Origin: Octopus sinensis | Lineage: Eukaryota | Length of the DNA stretch: 64,000 nt | Assembly: GCF_006345805.1 (NCBI RefSeq) | Contig: NC_043006.1 | Location: forward strand, 52,514,001 to 52,578,000 | Direction of reading: 5' to 3' | In this document: piece by piece, positions 62,056 to 64,000 of the stretch | Layout of the letters: the number at the start of each line of letters is the position of its first letter | Numbering within the stretch: position 1 is the first letter of the stretch | The notes under the pieces: model-generated | Database searches by the model: none | Told to the model about the DNA's origin: nothing | Seen by the model: the letters and a program-made list of their open reading frames with translations, nothing else | Translations under genes and position numbers: made by a program

Positions 62056-64000
62056 GTTTTGTTATAATTATCAAAATTAGGACTCTACAGGCCATCTCAA
62101 GCATCTCTTAGTGCTGCTAAGAGTTTCTTAATAGAATGAAGTTCTTTATACAAAAATGCTATTTGGGAAAGGCATTGGGACTTCACAACGTTCCTTTCAG
62201 TGACAGAGATACTGTTCAACTATAAGGATGGTTATTTTCTCTGTCAAAATTACTGTTTGAATTAACGAGACACAACCAAAGTATTTTGGATCTAGTTTTC
62301 CTCAATTATCCCGACAATATATCAATATTTCAGTTGAAGAAAACTCTTCTCTCAGACTACGATACAGAACACTGTAATCTTAGATAATAACATTCTAAGC
62401 ACACTCATTTCTTCTTTCTTATCAACAAAGACAAAAGCAAATTACACGTATATAAACAGGAGATACAAATATTACAGGCATTCCCCCCCACACACACACA
62501 CTAACTAAACATAGACGCACATAGAGATATACGCATGCGCAAATGAAGACACATACAATAGAAATACAAAATGGCTGACGGTTAGTAAGGAAAGACACAC
62601 AAATAAGAAAGAAGAAAGCAAAGGACCACTGATGCGGTCACAGGAGTGTGACGAAAGAACTCTGGCCGAAATAAGATTAAGATTAATGTAAAAAATAAAT
62701 AACTCTGAAACAAAGTAACTCCAAATATATAGTGCGTGTGTTTTTATTGGTTAAACTGGCAAAATGACCATTCCTAAATACAACAATATTTTACAGACGA
62801 CTTTAAGCTTCAGAAAGTTATCAACCAGATAAAACACTCCTCTGATCTGCATCCTGTAATTCAACTAATGAAACAAAACAATATGTATCTGAATGACGAG
62901 AATTTGAAGCTCATTCTCTTAAATGGTCACATTTTTTTCAATCAGGAGAACCTCTCATCGTCACATACAACGTTAGATGGACAACCCATATAAACAGTAT
63001 TGGGGATATGTTTCACAGAAACCTCAGAACGTTTCAGTTCAGAGGTCCAAATCATCCTTATATTCTATTCCTTTTCTTAATCCCACATAGCTTTTGATTT
63101 TTGTGGCCATCTCGTAGCAAATATTACTAGAATTGGAGAATATTAAAGGACAAATATTTAAAAAAATGTATTAACTTATTACGAGTCTTGAATCTTTTCT
63201 TTTTGAAGGCCAGATTTTCCTAGTTAACTAAACAATTTGAAACTTCGTATACTGGTAGAATGTGTCAAAAGAAAACATTATTGTAAACAAAATTGAAAAC
63301 AAAATTGTAATTCGTAACTTAAACATAGTTTAATTTTAAGAATTTTAACCAATGAAATCGCAGCATTCGAGCTCAAATTATTTACCTCTTCTTCTGTCTT
63401 CTACATGTGCTAGAAATAACAGCTATATCTCTTAAATCGATTAATTTCGTCGCCCAATAAAAATATTAACGATATTTTTTGAATATTTTCTTTATTTTTT
63501 TTTTACCGAAAAGGCTTCTCCCATGGTTTTGAACGGCCAGAAGCAACAAAAACAAAACAATGATATGCCTAAATCGGTCTCGAGTTTGCGCGTGGAGTGT
63601 GAGTAGTATTGTAAAAATTTGCGAAATATTTTTTCATAAAAGGATGCCCCCAGCTTGTCGGAAGCTGTGATATAAATTGGGAAAAAAATCCTCGACACCA
63701 GTGCGTAATTGGTACTTAATTTATCGACCCCGAAACGATGAAACATTGACCCCCCCCTTCTGTGCAAATTTGTTGCGGCAAGTGGCAAAACACAACGTGT
63801 ATTTTTGCTTGTGTGCGTATGTGTGTGTATGTATATGTCCGTTTGTATGTGTGTGTACGCTTATATATTAATTACTATGTGCTTGTGCAAATGTGTGTGT
63901 GTGTGTGTCGTGTGTGTCGTGCGTCTGCTATATTTCTTTATCAATATCGATAACGCAGCAATGTTGGGATTTCATTGGTTAATATTCGTAAAAATTAAAC

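Overview
AT-rich, microsatellite- and transposon-dense animal DNA. The SINE families and repeat landscape suggest an octopus or other cephalopod (inference). Nearly all ORF-track entries are microsatellite or TE artefacts. One real gene could be assembled by hand on the minus strand (54688->19953, 12 exons, all GT-AG introns). It encodes a signal peptide, a Notch-ligand N-terminal MNNL/C2 domain, a DSL domain, 17 EGF repeats, an 18-nt microexon linker and a C-terminal chitin-binding type-2 (CBM14/peritrophin-A) domain, then a stop, with no transmembrane segment (about 913 aa once repaired). This looks like a secreted Delta/Serrate-like protein with a chitin anchor in place of the membrane anchor. 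Exon 3 is 1 nt short and has stops in all three frames, which is either an assembly error or an inactivating mutation. The rest of the window holds decayed RTE, CR1, CRE-like and Penelope retroelements, Tc1, maT and rosa transposon relics, Helitron ends, tRNA-derived SINEs, a miniature LTR family with a tRNA-Ser PBS, and several long hairpins. TE coordinates are approximate. Domain calls come from motif recognition by eye, not database searches.
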